A DNA stretch of 64,000 bases from Lama guanicoe (Eukaryota): assembly GCA_013239625.1 (NCBI GenBank), contig MU053444.1, positions 265,822 to 329,821 of the forward strand, written 5' to 3'. A program made the position numbers and the translations under genes. The first letter of the stretch is position 1. Each line of letters opens with the position of its first letter. The notes beneath the pieces were generated by a model, which was given only the letters and a program-made list of their open reading frames with translations, ran no database searches and was not told where the DNA came from. Shown here piece after piece: positions 13,251-27,238 of this stretch.

Positions 13251-14511
13251 TGGAACCAATATGAAGAATACCCTGCGATGACAAATCCTGGTTTTGGGCC
13301 TTTTCATGCCAGCTTCAGCCACTCTAGAAGGGTCTAGGCACATCCCTGAATAACGATCCCACAGAACCACCCACACTCTTAACTCCTGGTGCTTGAAAAT
13401 TAATTTTACCTCTACACAACTTAACGTAGAAAAGTTTCAGAAATAAAAGATATTATATACATTTTGTAGCTCATCATAGGACTGATTTTTCTGATTGCTC
13501 AAAGCTGCTTCTACTTGGTAAAGCACCTGACTCTGCAGGTGAATTCAGTACTTTCCATTGGGCATAACTAGCCAGTTTGGGCTCGCTAAATTCTATTGGT
13601 CAAATACCAATACACTTAATTGATTTCATTGTTCATCAACTTCAGCAGGGAGGAGAGGGAGTGTCACTCTGTTCCTCAGCCCACCCTCAACTCTTTTCTC
13701 ATCAGCAACTCAGGCCTACTGAAAACAAAACAAAGCATTTGTTTCCCTTCTTCTACACTTTCCTCAAACCCAACAGGAAACATCAGCCTGAAGAAAGAAT
13801 TCAACACAAATGTTAAAACAAAAATCTATAAACCTAAAGTATCTCCTTCTCCGAATCATGATACACAATGACATGAGAATAAGTGTGTCAGGCACAAAGC
13901 ATGCGTGTGCCTAAACACCTGATTTCTATTCTTCAAAGGAAGGAAGGTTTTCCTATTTTTTATTATCACTCTTTGTCATTGGTTCTGATTAATCCAAAAA
14001 ACAGTTTATGAAATAATTTAGCACTGCAATAACAGGTTTTTGTTCTATCAATTACAGAAGGCATTCAGAGGGGATAGGAAAATCCACCTCTGTAAAAAAT
14101 TCAAAATATATTCCTCTGTTAAGAACACGTATACAACATGCAACAGAGAATTCAAATTCTTGTTTACAGGAGCAAAAGCCACAGAACCAAAGCAAAGTAA
14201 TACTATGAGTCAATTCAAAATTCACTGGACAAACATGCTCAATATATTCAATGAATTTTAAAGGCACACTGCAAACCATTCACTTAATGATCTGCAGGCT
14301 AGAGGAAGAATTTCCCTCTTTAACAGACAGCAGAAATCAGTAGGGTGCCTCACCAAACAACAACCAAAGAACAATCAGGTTTTTAACAATTCTGATAAAT
14401 CATCATGTTCTAAAGATCAAAATCCAGAAAGTTTAAACATTAATTCACACCACAGTGAAACAAGCACTTAAAAAAAGAAACCCAAAAAAACTAAGCATAT
14501 AGATCATGTAC

Positions 14512-14538
14512 ATAGATCAATGAGAATTTCTTGTGCCG
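14512..14538 (-). pseudogene. TRAPPC9: TRAPPC9-like paralog, 27-nt microexon 5
   Basis: Minus strand tctttcttccag|CGGCACAAGAAATTCTCATTGATCTAT|gtacat. Exactly 27 nt; encodes AQEILIDL vs TRAPPC9 AQEVLIDP. Lies in the correct order between exons 3 and 6. Confidence 0.85.
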
Positions 14539-15402
14539 CTGGAAGAAAGAACAAGCTATAGCCTTTTACTTGAAAAATAAAACTACTTTTAAAGATAAAT
14601 GTTAAAAAACATTTCATCATTCATATTGCCTTGAAAAATCTGAGGCACTTGTATCTGATTAGAAAAGCAATTCTGAGTAATAGTATGTTACAATTCAGTG
14701 ACAGTTTGCTTTAGAAGAAAAGAGAAAAGAAAAGCTACTGTTTCTCATATCCTGCACAAAGTGTGAAGTGCTTCCCTGCCTGTTTCTCCTCCCGTTTTCA
14801 AAGCTCATGCTCCCCAACACTTCTGAAACAAGTATGAGAACTTCTTATTCACACCAATATGCCAAATGACAAAAGAAAATCAATGTATTTGTGTAAATAT
14901 ATGCCTATACCTTGAACTGGAGGAGAAAGGTATCAGAAGTCCCTATGGAACTTATTTCTACATTCCTGAACTCACACACTCAAATGTTCACACAGACACA
15001 GACACATATCCCCTGGATTACTGGGCAATTCACAAGCTTAGGACTTCCAAATTCTGGAAGATAATTTTGTAGTTAGTTTAAAATACAAAACTGTCAGCTT
15101 TTGAAAGCCTTGATCATCTGCTAAACAATCCAAATATCAAAGAGACCCAATTAGCCTTCTCTGTATAATGTAATTTCCCATGATGGCAAAACAGACCCTA
15201 AGAAGTACTGGATCCAAGTCTCGTGTTTATCACTAGCTATGATCGTTTTTAAGCACATTAACAGATTCAGAAAGGTATGTCCTAACAGCATTTATTCTTA
15301 TTTAAATAGTATACGTGTTCAATTGCCTATACAGACTAGGTCCCATGATGGTGTTTAAGAGCTGTTTTGTGTATTGCAATATGTATTTTTAAGTGCAGAC
15401 AA

Positions 15403-15497
15403 GGAGAGTGGGTATTACTCAGTTGTAGAGCACCTGCTTAGCATGCACAATGTCCTGGCTTCAGTCCTCAGTACCTCCAAAAAATAAATAAAAATAA
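15403..15497 (+). mobile_element. Vic-1-like tRNA-derived SINE
   Basis: tactcagttgtagagcacctgcttagcatgcacaatgtcctggcttcagtcctcagtacctcc followed by an A-rich tail. Confidence 0.8.
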
Positions 15498-16939
15498 GGG
15501 CATATTTAAAAATAAGGATAAAGTTATAAAAAAAAATACAGACTAAAAACCACTGCAATCTAGGGGCCACAATTATGATACAACAACAAGTGTTTATATC
15601 AAATATTGACTATATGCCAATCACAGAGACAACCACAAATCACACCTGATAACCATCACGTGTGATTCTCAGCAACCCTACTAAGTAGACACGGATGAGA
15701 AGCCCGGCTCTGTGGATGACGAGACGGAGCTTGGAGGAGCCGGGGTCGCTGACCATCCTGCTCCCTGTGACACCGCGTCACCCCAGGGCAAGCACTGACG
15801 GAGCTGCGCTGAGGGTACACCCAGCTGCATGGAACCTGGGGAAACTGGGGAGTCCCAGAAAACACAAAAATTGTTCAGTGAAAAAGCAGCTCAAATATAT
15901 TACACTATGCCACATCCTTTAAACAGGGAACATGACTGAGACCTTTCTGATGCCTCCGTGTCCTTTCTGTCATCATCAGTTATTTGCCCTCTCAGCGCGA
16001 CCAGTGATGAACTGGACCCCTTATGAAGTGCACTGAGGTGGAAGATCTTTTAAAGCTATTTTATGAAATTTGTAGGAGTCTGTCTATGCCTCACACAGGC
16101 GGTCATCCATTACTTCTCCCCGGTGTGGATGTACCACCTGAAACCACTCCTTTCTGATTTTTAAAGTCCCTTCATCTAATCCAGACTTTTCAACAGCAAA
16201 GAAGCAGCTTGACCACAGACAGTGGACAGCTTCTCACCAAATGGACTTCAACAGCCCTTCAGACTACCTGGAAGCACTTTTCTTCTATTAAACCCACTTT
16301 CAGGTACTTCATCATTTTCTGATTTGTGGACTTGGCCTCTGACTGGCCTGCTCAGAAAGCTCCAAGCCTCACATCCGGTGGTGGGTTACGACCCTTATGT
16401 TGGGGGAAATCACTGCGGAAGATGTACATCCTCCAGTCAGGTCTGCACGGGTAAAAGTGCCACAACGTGCTCAAAAATTATGCAGTCAGCACCCCTGGGC
16501 TCCCATGGACTGGTTTCACATTAACCAAACTCATGAAACACTGATGCGAGAAAACCAGAAACTTAAATTATTCATGTAACAGAAGACGTGAAACTATAAA
16601 CCAGACTGCCATATCAGAGTTCCACCATGAATAGATGTTCTTCTCAACAGCCCAATCACAGGCAGGCAGTCACATGGCAAGCATGGACAGAAGCAGAGCA
16701 AGAAGGGTTTCTAGATTAACTCAATGGACTAAATTTCTCTTATACCAACAGATCTACTGCCTGGAAAACAATTAACGCTAATCACGGTGCACTCTCCGTG
16801 GACAATGGCGGAGACACTACTGTCAGCACCTGTGTAACTCTCCTTTCCCTGTCCTTTCTGGGCTAACTGATGCACAGAGGTACAGAGATCAAGGCATGCA
16901 GATACATCTAAACAACCAAAGCCCATCTCTGGGAGCCTC

Positions 16940-17160
16940 AAAACCAGACAGCCAGGGATTAAATACCAGCTCTGCCACTTACTATTTCTCTGACTTTGGC
17001 CAAATTACTTATCCTCTGTGTGCCTCAATTTCCACACCGTAAAACTGGGATAACAATCAAACCTTCCTTACTCGCTTGTTGAGAAGATTAAAGGATTCAT
17101 TTCTGTAAAACGCTCAGAAAAGAATGTAGTACATTTTTGGTGCTCAACAAATGTCAACTT
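16940..17160 (+). mobile_element. MIR SINE
   Basis: MIR core: ccagctctgccacttacta...tgactttggccaaattacttatcctctgtgtgcctcaatttcc...gtaaaactgggataac. Confidence 0.8.
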
Positions 17161-20100
17161 AATATTAAACTGATTTACGTGTCTCCCTTCTAATCATCTC
17201 CTGTGTTTCCTGGCTAGACTAAGTCCCAAAGAAAATCCTAATTTCTCATTTTATAAACTCCTGCGGTGCACCCTTCTGTTCCATCCCACCACCTGTTTAA
17301 ACTGAGGGAGGGGATGTCTCCTCCCCACTCCTCTGGGCCATGGAGAGTGCTTCTCCCTTCACACCCATGACCCCTGGCCAACAGCTAGCCCTCCTCACAC
17401 TAAGAAAGTGAGGTGTGATTCCCGGGGAGACAAGCAGGGCATGTGAAACCCTTCCTTTCCCTCCAGTGTTGGCTACCCTTGGGAAGTACCCGGGATGCTC
17501 AGCTCCATAGCAGAACAGCCCTGTGCATGATGGGGCAGATCCTCTCAAGGGAAGGCTCGCTGTGGCCCAGAGATACCTGGGACAGGGTGAGTCTCTAATT
17601 CTGGGACACAGTATCATGACACTCATTTATCCACAGCCCTGAAGTTCATGGAGAACGTGGCTTCATCAGTAACAAAGAAGACATTTAACGCCTGCCTACT
17701 CTTTTGTGTCATCTCTCAGTTGGCTGCTGGAGACATGTGTATAAGTATTGGATCCTCTTAAGCCACAGCATATAAGAAGTAACAAAAAATTCTGTGGCTT
17801 AACATTGGTTCAGGGCGACTGTGTAACAGTTCCGACTCTGCTGATGCTAAATTATTGGTATAGGAACTATGGAACCTCCTCAAATATCTTTCATCATAAA
17901 ACCAGCTTTTCTTATTTTCCTGCTTCTTAGTAGTTGCCAAAGACCATCAAATGATGGCTTCACACAAAACAGCAGGTAAAGTTTTAGAGCCCTCTTAACA
18001 CCCACTGCGGTAAACACTTTACATAATTTCTAATTCTCACAATTCTACAAAGCAGATACGAGCGTCCCCATCTCACAGACGAGGGAAAAACTAAGAACGA
18101 ACTGACTCAGGCTCACGTGGATCAGTGGCAGCACGTGCAGGCAAACCCAAGTCAAAACACTACACCCATTCTTATATGTACCAAATCACCCCCCACCAAT
18201 TAACACACAGCGGCGGGGTCAATACTCAGGGAACTCAATACACTTTTCAACTTTAAGGTGTTCCAGAGGCCGCTTAGAGCTGTTTTATAAAATCCTGTCT
18301 CACTGGTTTCTAACACTGGAAGCAAAGTCCGATTTTGCCATTTTTTAGACAGCAAGTCTGAAACGTTCACAGCGAGATGACAGAATAAAACTAAGATATA
18401 AGCAGAAGAAGTTTTACAGGTACACAGACACAATGGACATTGTGCTATTCTGAAGCGTTAAGCAAAGAAATCAAAATAAAATCACGTTGTTAAAGCCTTC
18501 TTTTAGAAACAGGAAAATTAAGACTGTAAGAATGTGCAACAGTGCCACCTATGGCTAAAAAGACCTTCCAGGTTGCCGGGAAAAATGCAACAAAAAAATT
18601 GCCTGTAGGATCAGAAATGAGAATCAGGTAACTGAAAGCTTACGTACCACATACTACACTTTGCTTCGGGGGAAGGGAGGGATATTCAGTATTTAATCTG
18701 ATATTGCTAATACTCCTGAATATAAACAAAAGACATAGGCTCATGGAAACTCATCTTAGAAGAGGGAAGAATACAGTCCAGCCACTTCATTTTACAGGAG
18801 GGGAGACTGAGACCTGGGATCTGTCCTCCTGGCAATCCGCAGCAAAGCTCTCCTAGGCCTCATGCCTTGCACTGTAGAAAAAACCAACAGATCTGTACTA
18901 GGCCTATATTCATAAAAGTCACGTCTGTATTTTTCCAACAGCAGGTAATCTAAGTGTCTTGCAAAATACTTCTCAAAGAGCCAGGAAATCATACAAGTTT
19001 GTTGAAATACAAAAACATTTACTTGCATAGTAAAACAGCATGAGCTTTATTCTCTCTGTTAAAAAAGTGACACGTCAAATCAATGTTTTGTTATTTTAAA
19101 CCTGTTAAGAGTTCAGGAAAAACATCAAAATTTTCTTTAATCACAAAAGTGAGAAGCTTACTCCCTGAAAATGATCAATGTGGTTTTTTCTAAACTTAAT
19201 GGATCTGTTCAGAATCAGACGAATTTAAATATCTGAGGGGATAGTTACACACCAACATGTATTCTGAGTTATAACAATACATATTCTGAGTAAATAATCT
19301 TCAAGGTCGTCTGCTTAAGGCAACTTAACTAGTCCCTGTCTCACTAGAATGATACAGATTTCATTAAAACTTCATACTGCACACAATAAAAAGTGTCCTT
19401 GTTACATTAAACCATATTCATATATATCATATATATACATATTGAATATGTGTCAGAAATAAGCCACCCTCTATAGTATTCAGAGTTGATCCTTCTAAAC
19501 TATCTGGCGTTGTGACAGCATGTTTTTATTAAGCACATCTTGGGTGCTTTGTATACAAGGCTTCTAACTCTCACAGTCAGACAACGTAAACGATATTACT
19601 CAAATTTCACAAATGAGGAAATGTACTTAAGCCATGAAAACAACTTACATATTCATCATCGGGAAAGAAAAGAGTAAAGATTTTACTTACAATATTCATT
19701 GACAGTCTTTTCTTCCATACTAAGACTACATGAAACCAATTCAGTCTTTTTAAATTTTTCAGTCAATAAACACCACTAGAAAAAAACAACTAACATCATT
19801 AGCAACGGTTGCACTTTCAAAGTCCACTTCTCTTTTGCATTATAATAACTTTTAATGATTTTTTTCCAATGCTTATAGAGGACTGAAGTAAAAAATACTA
19901 AATTTTTATGTCATTACCTGTTAATAAAACATTTGCGACAATGTACACTTTTAATTTATGCCACACTGTCTCACATTCTCACTGGTGTCTCTCCTTTCAA
20001 GGCCTCATCAGGCTGAGATCACTAAAATCGGCCATTTATGAACTCAGAGGTGTTCAGGAAACGACTCAACGACAGGCTGATTAGAGGAGCAATTAAGATT

Positions 20101-20550
20101 GCATCCTGTGCAGCCACGGTTCCAGCACCTAGGTAGCCACCGCCAGCGGCGTGTGATTTGGGACAAGCTGCTCCATCTCTCAATCCCTCAGCTGCAAAAA
20201 AGGGACACTGATTCCTACCCTCAAACACCTGCAATGAAATATAACATGAGGAAAGCATTTTAGCCTTAGGTAGGTGTCCACTCAAAGCGAGTTTGGTCAT
20301 TATGATGATGAGGATGGCTGTAAATAAATTAAGCTAGACCAGAAAGAAGAAATCCCCATAAAGGAGAAACATTTTAAGTCAATGAGCATTTCCTTTTGAA
20401 TGGAGTGTAGAATATTGTATTGATTTTTTTAATAAACCAAGTTTTGTCCATTAATTATAGATTTACACGTTCATGGACAAGTCTCCAGAAAAAGAATTAG
20501 AGGCCTCTAACCTCTGAATATAAAGAAAGTAAAGTTTAAAAAAAAAACAC

Positions 20551-20640
20551 GGGGGAGATTATACCTCATTTGGGAGAGTATGTGCTCAGCATGCATGAGG
20601 CCCTCAGTTCAGTCCCCAGTAACTTCATTTTAAAAATTAT
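20551..20640 (+). mobile_element. Vic-1-like SINE
   Basis: gggggagattatacctca...agagtatgtgctcagcatgcatgaggccctcagttcagtccccagtaac. Confidence 0.75.
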
Positions 20641-21734
20641 TTTTAAGAAATGGAGAATTAAAGCTAAATGATGGAGGAATACAGAATTTTTTTATACACT
20701 CAACTCAGACTTTAGATGGGGGTAAAAAATCAATTTCTCAGAGGAAATCTTGAGAACTACGTAAACTAGGTCTGAGATGTCTAGTCTTTTAACATTATTC
20801 AAGAATTCATATTACCAAGTCTTAAAACTACCGGATTACCCACTGTGGTGATAGTGATCTTAACAGCTGTCAACGCGGATCGAGCTCCGGCTAGGGCTGC
20901 TCTGTTCTGACATCTCTGCCCCTGAGGCCTCACCAGGCTGAGAGCACTAAATTCGGTCATTCATGAGCATCTCGTGTAAGTCCTACATTTGTGCTTCTCA
21001 ATCCCCCCCACCAGCCCCACTGAGGGAAGCACTGTTATCATCTTCCCCAGCCGCAGATAAGGCCACTGAGGCTCTGAGACTAAAACCTTTCCAGGTCACA
21101 TCGGCATTAAAGGACGTCTGTATTCCTGCTGTTTTGCTCTTGACAAAGGAATCTGAGACATCAATTCAAGGGAGACTGTTAAATAACCAAGTCTGTCTGG
21201 TCTTCACCTCAAAGAGCAGATACTATAAATTCCTGATGTAGGATGAGGCTGCCGCCACAAACTGGCTCAGCTTGAAATTAATATCCAAGATGAAGCAGCG
21301 GATACACGTAAATATTCACGATTGTCAACTCCGCTCACGGGTCTGGGCCCTTCACTGCCTGAAAGGGGGTGAAATCCCCACCCGTGTCTGGGAGGGAAGC
21401 CCGGCTCTTCCAGGTCTCACACAATCTTCATGGGCTGTTACCCCCCACAGACTGGCCTCAACGATTAAAAAGCTCTCAAGATTTTTACACAATGCAAAAC
21501 TGAAAGACATTTCTTGAGATGGAGCAATTTCTCAGGGTTAAACCTTTTTTGCCTACACTTAGCAAGGGGGAAAAAAGAAACATGACTCTGCAAAGTCTCT
21601 GAGCCCCAACACTCACAGGAGTAGAAATGCCACAGCACAAGATGACCCTTCACATTGCAGGATGAGAACAAAATAAAGCCGCCCCAACAACAGGCAGTCC
21701 CAGAGACAGCACTCAGCAGTCTTCTGCACACTCA

Positions 21735-22250
21735 CGGTTGTGCAGCCCTCACCACCATCTATTTCCAGAACACTCCATCATCCCAAAAGAAACCCCCTGT
21801 CCACTAGTAGTCACCCCGATCCCCCCTCCACCAAGCCCCTTGCAACCATCACTGGATCTCTGCCTCTTCATGAGCCTATTCGGGGCATTTGAGATCACTG
21901 AAATCAACAATATGAGGCCGTTTGTGTCTGGTTCCTTTCACTTAACATGCTGTTATCAAGGCTCGCCCATGTTGAAGTGGTATCAGCATCTCTGTTTTTC
22001 TTTTTATTGAAAATGTTAAAGTTTATTAGAAGGTGGTAAGTACTATCAAAAAGACTAGACTGGAGTATAAGGGACTCTGTTTCAAAGGGAAAAGGGAAGG
22101 TTGAGCAGTCAGGGTGCACTTCCCAGAACAGGTGGCCTTTTTCATCTTCCCCTTTATTTTTTTTCTTTTCTATTCACTCTTACATCGGAATAATGTTCCA
22201 CAACATGGAGATACTACATTCTGTTCATCCATTCAGCAGCTATGTATGGA
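21735..22250 (-). mobile_element. L1MB-like 3' end, interrupted near 22010-22140
   Basis: Antisense L1MB motifs: caccaccatctatttccagaac, tcccaaaagaaacccc, tgtgtctggttcctttcacttaacat. Confidence 0.75.
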
Positions 22251-22592
22251 CGAGGTCCAGAAGAATGAGTGTAAGAGGTGACTAGCAGGGATGGCATTTA
22301 AACAAAGGGCAAGATGTGCTTTAAAAAAAAAAAGCCAACAGAGGCACAAGGAAATTCAGTGTGTTTCTGAGCAAAGTGCATGCTTGCTTCGGCAGGACTA
22401 CCATGCAGGGCTGGGGCGGATATTGGCAGGAATCACGGTGAGGGAGTCACCTGAGGAGACGCCCCACTGCAAGAAGCTCAGCCAGTTCTCCTCCCTCATC
22501 CTGTATTTTTAGAGCCGTGTTTCTTGGTTTCTCTTATTTCAAGTAATAGCATTTTATCTACACATCTGAACATCTGCATCAGAACACCTTAC

Positions 22593-22713
22593 CTCCAAGC
22601 CACAGAAAATCATTCACTGACTGGAGCAGATCCAGGACAGAATGGTGATGGATCAGGGAGTCCTACAGCAACCCAGCCTGGAGGCACAAACCCCACATGT
22701 GCCCTGGTGATGT
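22593..22713 (-). pseudogene. TRAPPC9: TRAPPC9-like paralog, exon 3 remnant
   Basis: [31 protein letters not shown] vs TRAPPC9 [32 protein letters not shown]. Donor GAG|GTAAGG intact; acceptor reads ttccgg (AG lost). The 5' codons (KKRCQGRMRK region) are largely deleted. Confidence 0.93.
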
Positions 22714-22815
22714 CCGGAATATAAAATGCATGGAAATATCTCACTGCTGGTACACATCTGCCCCTAAATTGCCCCAAAATCATGCTGGCAAAGCACTACT
22801 CAACCCTCTCACTAC

Positions 22816-22854
22816 AAAACAAAACAAAACAAAACAAAACAAAACAAAACAAAC
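22816..22854. repeat. (AAAAC)n microsatellite
   Basis: Seven perfect AAAAC units followed by AAAC. Confidence 0.95.
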
Positions 22855-22990
22855 AGCTAAGAAGGCAAATTTAGGCTCTTCCATTGAAAACCAGAAACCA
22901 TCAATATCAGTATCTGAGCTGGAATGTTCCTGACTTCAAAAACCACTGCGCAGTTACTTTTGAATCGTGAAAGGCACATATGTATTCCAT

Positions 22991-23056
22991 GTAGATGATA
23001 TTACAGTAGGATTTTTCTTTTACACGTAGATGATATTACAGTAGGATTTTTCTTTT
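22991..23056 (+). repeat. Short direct duplication, 31-bp core with period 35
   Basis: gtagatgatattacagtaggatttttctttt occurs at 22991 and 23026. Confidence 0.9.
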
Positions 23057-25551
23057 CAAAATTTCCACTTGCAACATTAGCACAAGAAAGTTTATGTTTC
23101 AGCTTTAAAAAAATCAATTATCTTCCACTTTCTTAATGTTGATCCTATTATTATTTTATACAGGGAGCTATGTTGCATATTATAAACCAACTGTTTGGTT
23201 TCTGCAAACAAGACCACTATGACCTCACTATTACAGAGCAAACTTTAATGATGCTTTGAGAGGTGGGGCCTGGGGTGCTCACTAACAGCTCTTTAAATAC
23301 TGACAAGGATGTGCTATTAAGTAATGCAAAAGCTATAAGCCCACATTAACTCAGAAACCAAAGAAACTACACCAAAGCCTTACTTTATCATTTTTATATA
23401 TTCCTATTTTTTTGAATATTAATGTTCTTAAAAGATATGATTTTTTGAGAAAGATAAGAGCTGTATTAAATTTCCTTTCACCAAGAACGCAATTTTTATC
23501 AAGAATAAAACCCCTATGGAAATCCAAAAGACGGGATATTTCTAGCTAAGTGAACATGCAGATTTGCACACAAACCTAAATCCTATCAGATCTCACTCGA
23601 ACGAGCTCAACAATGTCCTGGTCTACCCTGGAACTTAGCTCTTCTGTTTCAAATGTTGGCTGAGCTAAGATCATCACACAAGGCAGGGAAGAAGAGAAGA
23701 GGAAATTCCACCTGGCGGCCTCCATCTGTTTTCCTCCAGCCAAAATACACCGCTAGGGCGGCCCCGCTAACAAGCCCTCCCCATAAGGAAATCCGTCACT
23801 CACACTGCCCCTGCCGTCCCCAAGCAGCCCCTACGCCCCTCTCCCACGGATCACCTCCCAGCCTGTGAATGGTCTTCTAATGACCCCCCAGTTATTGGCA
23901 CCCTCCCCCTCTTCCCCGCCACACACACACACACACAAACACAGAGACAGGGCAGCCTTCCCAAAGCGCAAATTTGATTACATCACCCCACTTCAAACAC
24001 TTCAGAGGCTCCCTGGTGGAGTTCTAGCCACACTCCTGAACCTGCTTGCCCAGCTTCAACTCAGTACCCAGGTCCCCAGTGACCTCAGGGCCCCCCTGAC
24101 CTGCTCCTACTTCCCACTTGCCTCCAGGCTCAATTTGACTGTTTCTCAAGGAAGCATTCCCTCCCTCCAACCTCCGCACTTTGTTCCTCTGTTCCTAGAA
24201 CATTCTAGGCTGTCAAATTCTGACACTGCTCAGCTCCCAAGAAGCAAATACATTTTGCTTACAAATGTGGGTCAACCCTGTCTCCCCTAGACACTCAGAA
24301 GTGCTCGTGACATGAATAAATGAATGACGCGGTGGATCTCAAAGGGACAGACATACCTGCTCTCACCCATACTGACCCTTCTTTCTGAAGAAGATCAGAA
24401 GCAAAACCAGAAGTACCTTTCCTGAGGGTCACTTCCTGCTGATACCCTTCACTGCCTCCTGTGCCAGTTCTAGTAAAACCCAAACTCTTCCAAAGCCCTC
24501 CACCCCAGGCCTTCTCCAGTGTCCTTCCCAGCAGGGCACACTCCACCCTGGACCACACAAGGCACTCTCCCCGGGTCCACACCCCACAAGCCTCCAGGCC
24601 TCTGCCCAGGCTGCACCATCCACGTGAGCCATCCTCTTAATGCCTTCTCCTGGCTGAAACTTACTATGTCCTCACAACTGAATGTAGAGCCCATTTCTCC
24701 CAGGAAGTCCTCTCTGATAATGTCCTTTAGGTCTTGGCTGGGCTCACTCTACAGAGGCACAGCATGGTGACCAACTGGGTGTTTGCCTGCTCCTTTGAGA
24801 CCACGACCTCTTGGGAGCCATGTGTGAAGGAGTGAGAGATTACAAGAAGGGTGGGAGAAGCAAAAAGGAAAGATCACAGCCCAAGTCCCAAATTCAAGGT
24901 TTCTTTCTCAGAAAAAAGAATAAAATATTTCACACGTGTGCAATTTGGCTACAATTTTTGTGGCTTGTGGACAGCCAGAGCTTGGTGTTCTAGTCCAAAA
25001 CCCAGGTTACATGAAAAAAATGTGCATATTCATATATAAAGCAAGCCAGAACTGCTCAACAACAGTTTGCAGTTAGAATTGAAAGGAACTTTGATAAAGG
25101 GAATCTCTTCCTCTCTCTTCTTTCTTTTCTAGCACCATAAAATTTTAGAAGTATTTGCGTGACTAAGATGGCTAAAGCCCGTGATTCTGCACTGGAGAGT
25201 TTGGGGCTGAGGAAGCCCAGATTACATTCACTGTGCAAATGCAATCACACCAACACACTGACAGGCGGCCTGGCGGTGGAGCTGATGTTCCAAAGCAGGC
25301 AGCCATATGCTGTAAGACAACTCTAAATATAAAGGAAGAAATGCAATGTTCTTTACTCAACTTTATTCGCTATTTGGTCCATGAATTGATAGCATAGCTT
25401 GTCTAATGAATCCCAAAAATAAATTGTCAACGTCGATTTTCTTCATCTGACCGTTTTATGCTAACTTTGGATATCAAACCCTCAATCCATACAGAAACCT
25501 CACGCCTATGCTGCAGCACAGTTACATCCCGTGGAAGAAAGTCTATCAAAG

Positions 25552-26065
25552 TGTTATGGAAATGACAGGCCAGCCAAGAAACAAGCACCACTCGGAGGGT
25601 TGGAGCACTCAGATTTATTACGCCGGCGGGCTCAGAGGGGCTTCTGCTCCGAAGCTCTGAGCACCTCCAAGACGTGCACATGAGGTTTTATAGGGTTAAT
25701 TACAAGTATGGGGCTATTAGCCAATAAGGTTCAAACAACAAAAAGCAAGGAATCAGTACACTGGAGCTTATCAATTTGGAACAGATCACGTTACTGACAC
25801 TTGTTGAGCTTGGATTTACGAGTTAACTTGTTAGCCCAGTAAACTGACACTAAACTTTAGATTTACAAGTTAGCCCGGCAGAACTTATATCAGTAAACCG
25901 ACACTTATCACACTTAGATTTGTGACTGAGCTCGTTAGCCCAATAGACTGACACTAAACTTCAGATTTATGAGTTAGCCCAGCAGAACTCAGATCAGTAA
26001 TCCGACACTTGTTGCACTTAGATTTGTGACTTAGCTTGTTAGCCCAGCTGGGCTTTTCCTTTACA
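25552..26065 (-). mobile_element. Well-preserved solo LTR, ERV1 class, with tandem U3 repeats
   Basis: TGTTA...TTACA ends and a perfect 4-bp TSD AAAG (25548-25551, 26066-26069). Minus-strand AATAAA and TATAAAA. Repeated gttagccc...gacact units at about 25810-26045. Reverse-complement homolog of 55737-56193. Confidence 0.92.
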
Positions 26066-27238
26066 AAAGGAGAACTGGAGAGTTTCCCTTCAGAAGCTGC
26101 TAAGTCTGGCTACGCACCTGTACATCATTTGCAACCATGTCATCTTCAAAGGAGTAAGTCCTTACATCTGTGGGGCGAAAAGGTCTGCGGTGCTTCCGAA
26201 CCATCAAAGACCACTGAGCTTTGTGAAACAGTCCTGAGGCACATAAATCGCACTTTTTCTGAAAGGCTCCAAAACTGACCCACTTCACCATTCGAAGTAA
26301 AAGAGGGAGCTACAGGAATTAGTAGAGAAAACATGCCCTTGAAGTCTGACAAGGCCCTGATTAAATCCTGCTACAGCATTTACTAGCCGCTAAATGGACC
26401 AATACCTTAACCCCTCTGAGAAGGCTTCCCAATCTGCAAAAGGGGGCTGCCACCGCCCACCTGTGAGGCATGGATGTGAATGCTACACGCAAGTAGGGCG
26501 GCCGACTGGTACCTGACACGGGGCCTGGCTAGTTTCCCTCCGCTGCCCTTCTCCCCCTTTAAACTTGCTCTGTTCCCCCTGGTAAGGTTCAAGCCTCCGG
26601 AATAGACTGCCTGATTCTTCTGTGCATCTCCTGATACATGACTTACCCTTAGGAGGCCAGAAAAAGAACTGTCTCCTCCCCATTCACCATCAATGTTCTT
26701 AAGAGTCTGAGATTATTTAACTCTATTTTGCAGGGAGACTATTCCATAACTTTCCAAGTACCATTGTCCAGGTTGGCTCCTAACCCAGCGCCCATTCCTT
26801 CTCACCTCAGATCCTCTGTCTGATTGCCTTCTGTTCATGGGAAAGCAAGTCCAGTAGGGTGGGGACTCCCTAGGCCTCCCTCCCTCCATCACAGGTGAGT
26901 GTGACTACCTTCTCCCCACTTCCCACTCCAACTCTAGCTTCTGAGGAGTCTCCCTTCCCAGACTCTGCAGCCTCTGCATCGTCCCAAGATGCGCAAACGT
27001 GGCCACAACCTTCCCTTCAGATTTCTTCCTCGGTGGCCGTCTCTACCCCCTGGCCCCTTAAGAATAAATTGCATTGCTCTGAAAATCGCAAACGCCTCTG
27101 ACTGACACACCAAAGCTGCATGGTCTGGGCTTTCCTCCAACCGAGGCACAGCTATGTCCTCCCTCAGCTTTAGTCTGCACCTCTTGAGATGAGCTCATCC
27201 ACCTACACGGCTGTGAACACCAGCTAAGAATGACGACT

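Noticed and set aside
15700..15835. Possible exon 4 remnant (SSVSACPGVT...QAPSRH)
   Set aside because: Only scattered residue matches, far weaker than the other exons; needs a formal alignment.
17420..17575. Second exon 4 candidate (HPG...TGGKG)
   Set aside because: Short motif coincidence with wrong spacing.
25810..26045. Repeat-spacer-like array
   Set aside because: These are degenerate tandem units inside an LTR U3 region in a mammalian genome; not CRISPR-like.
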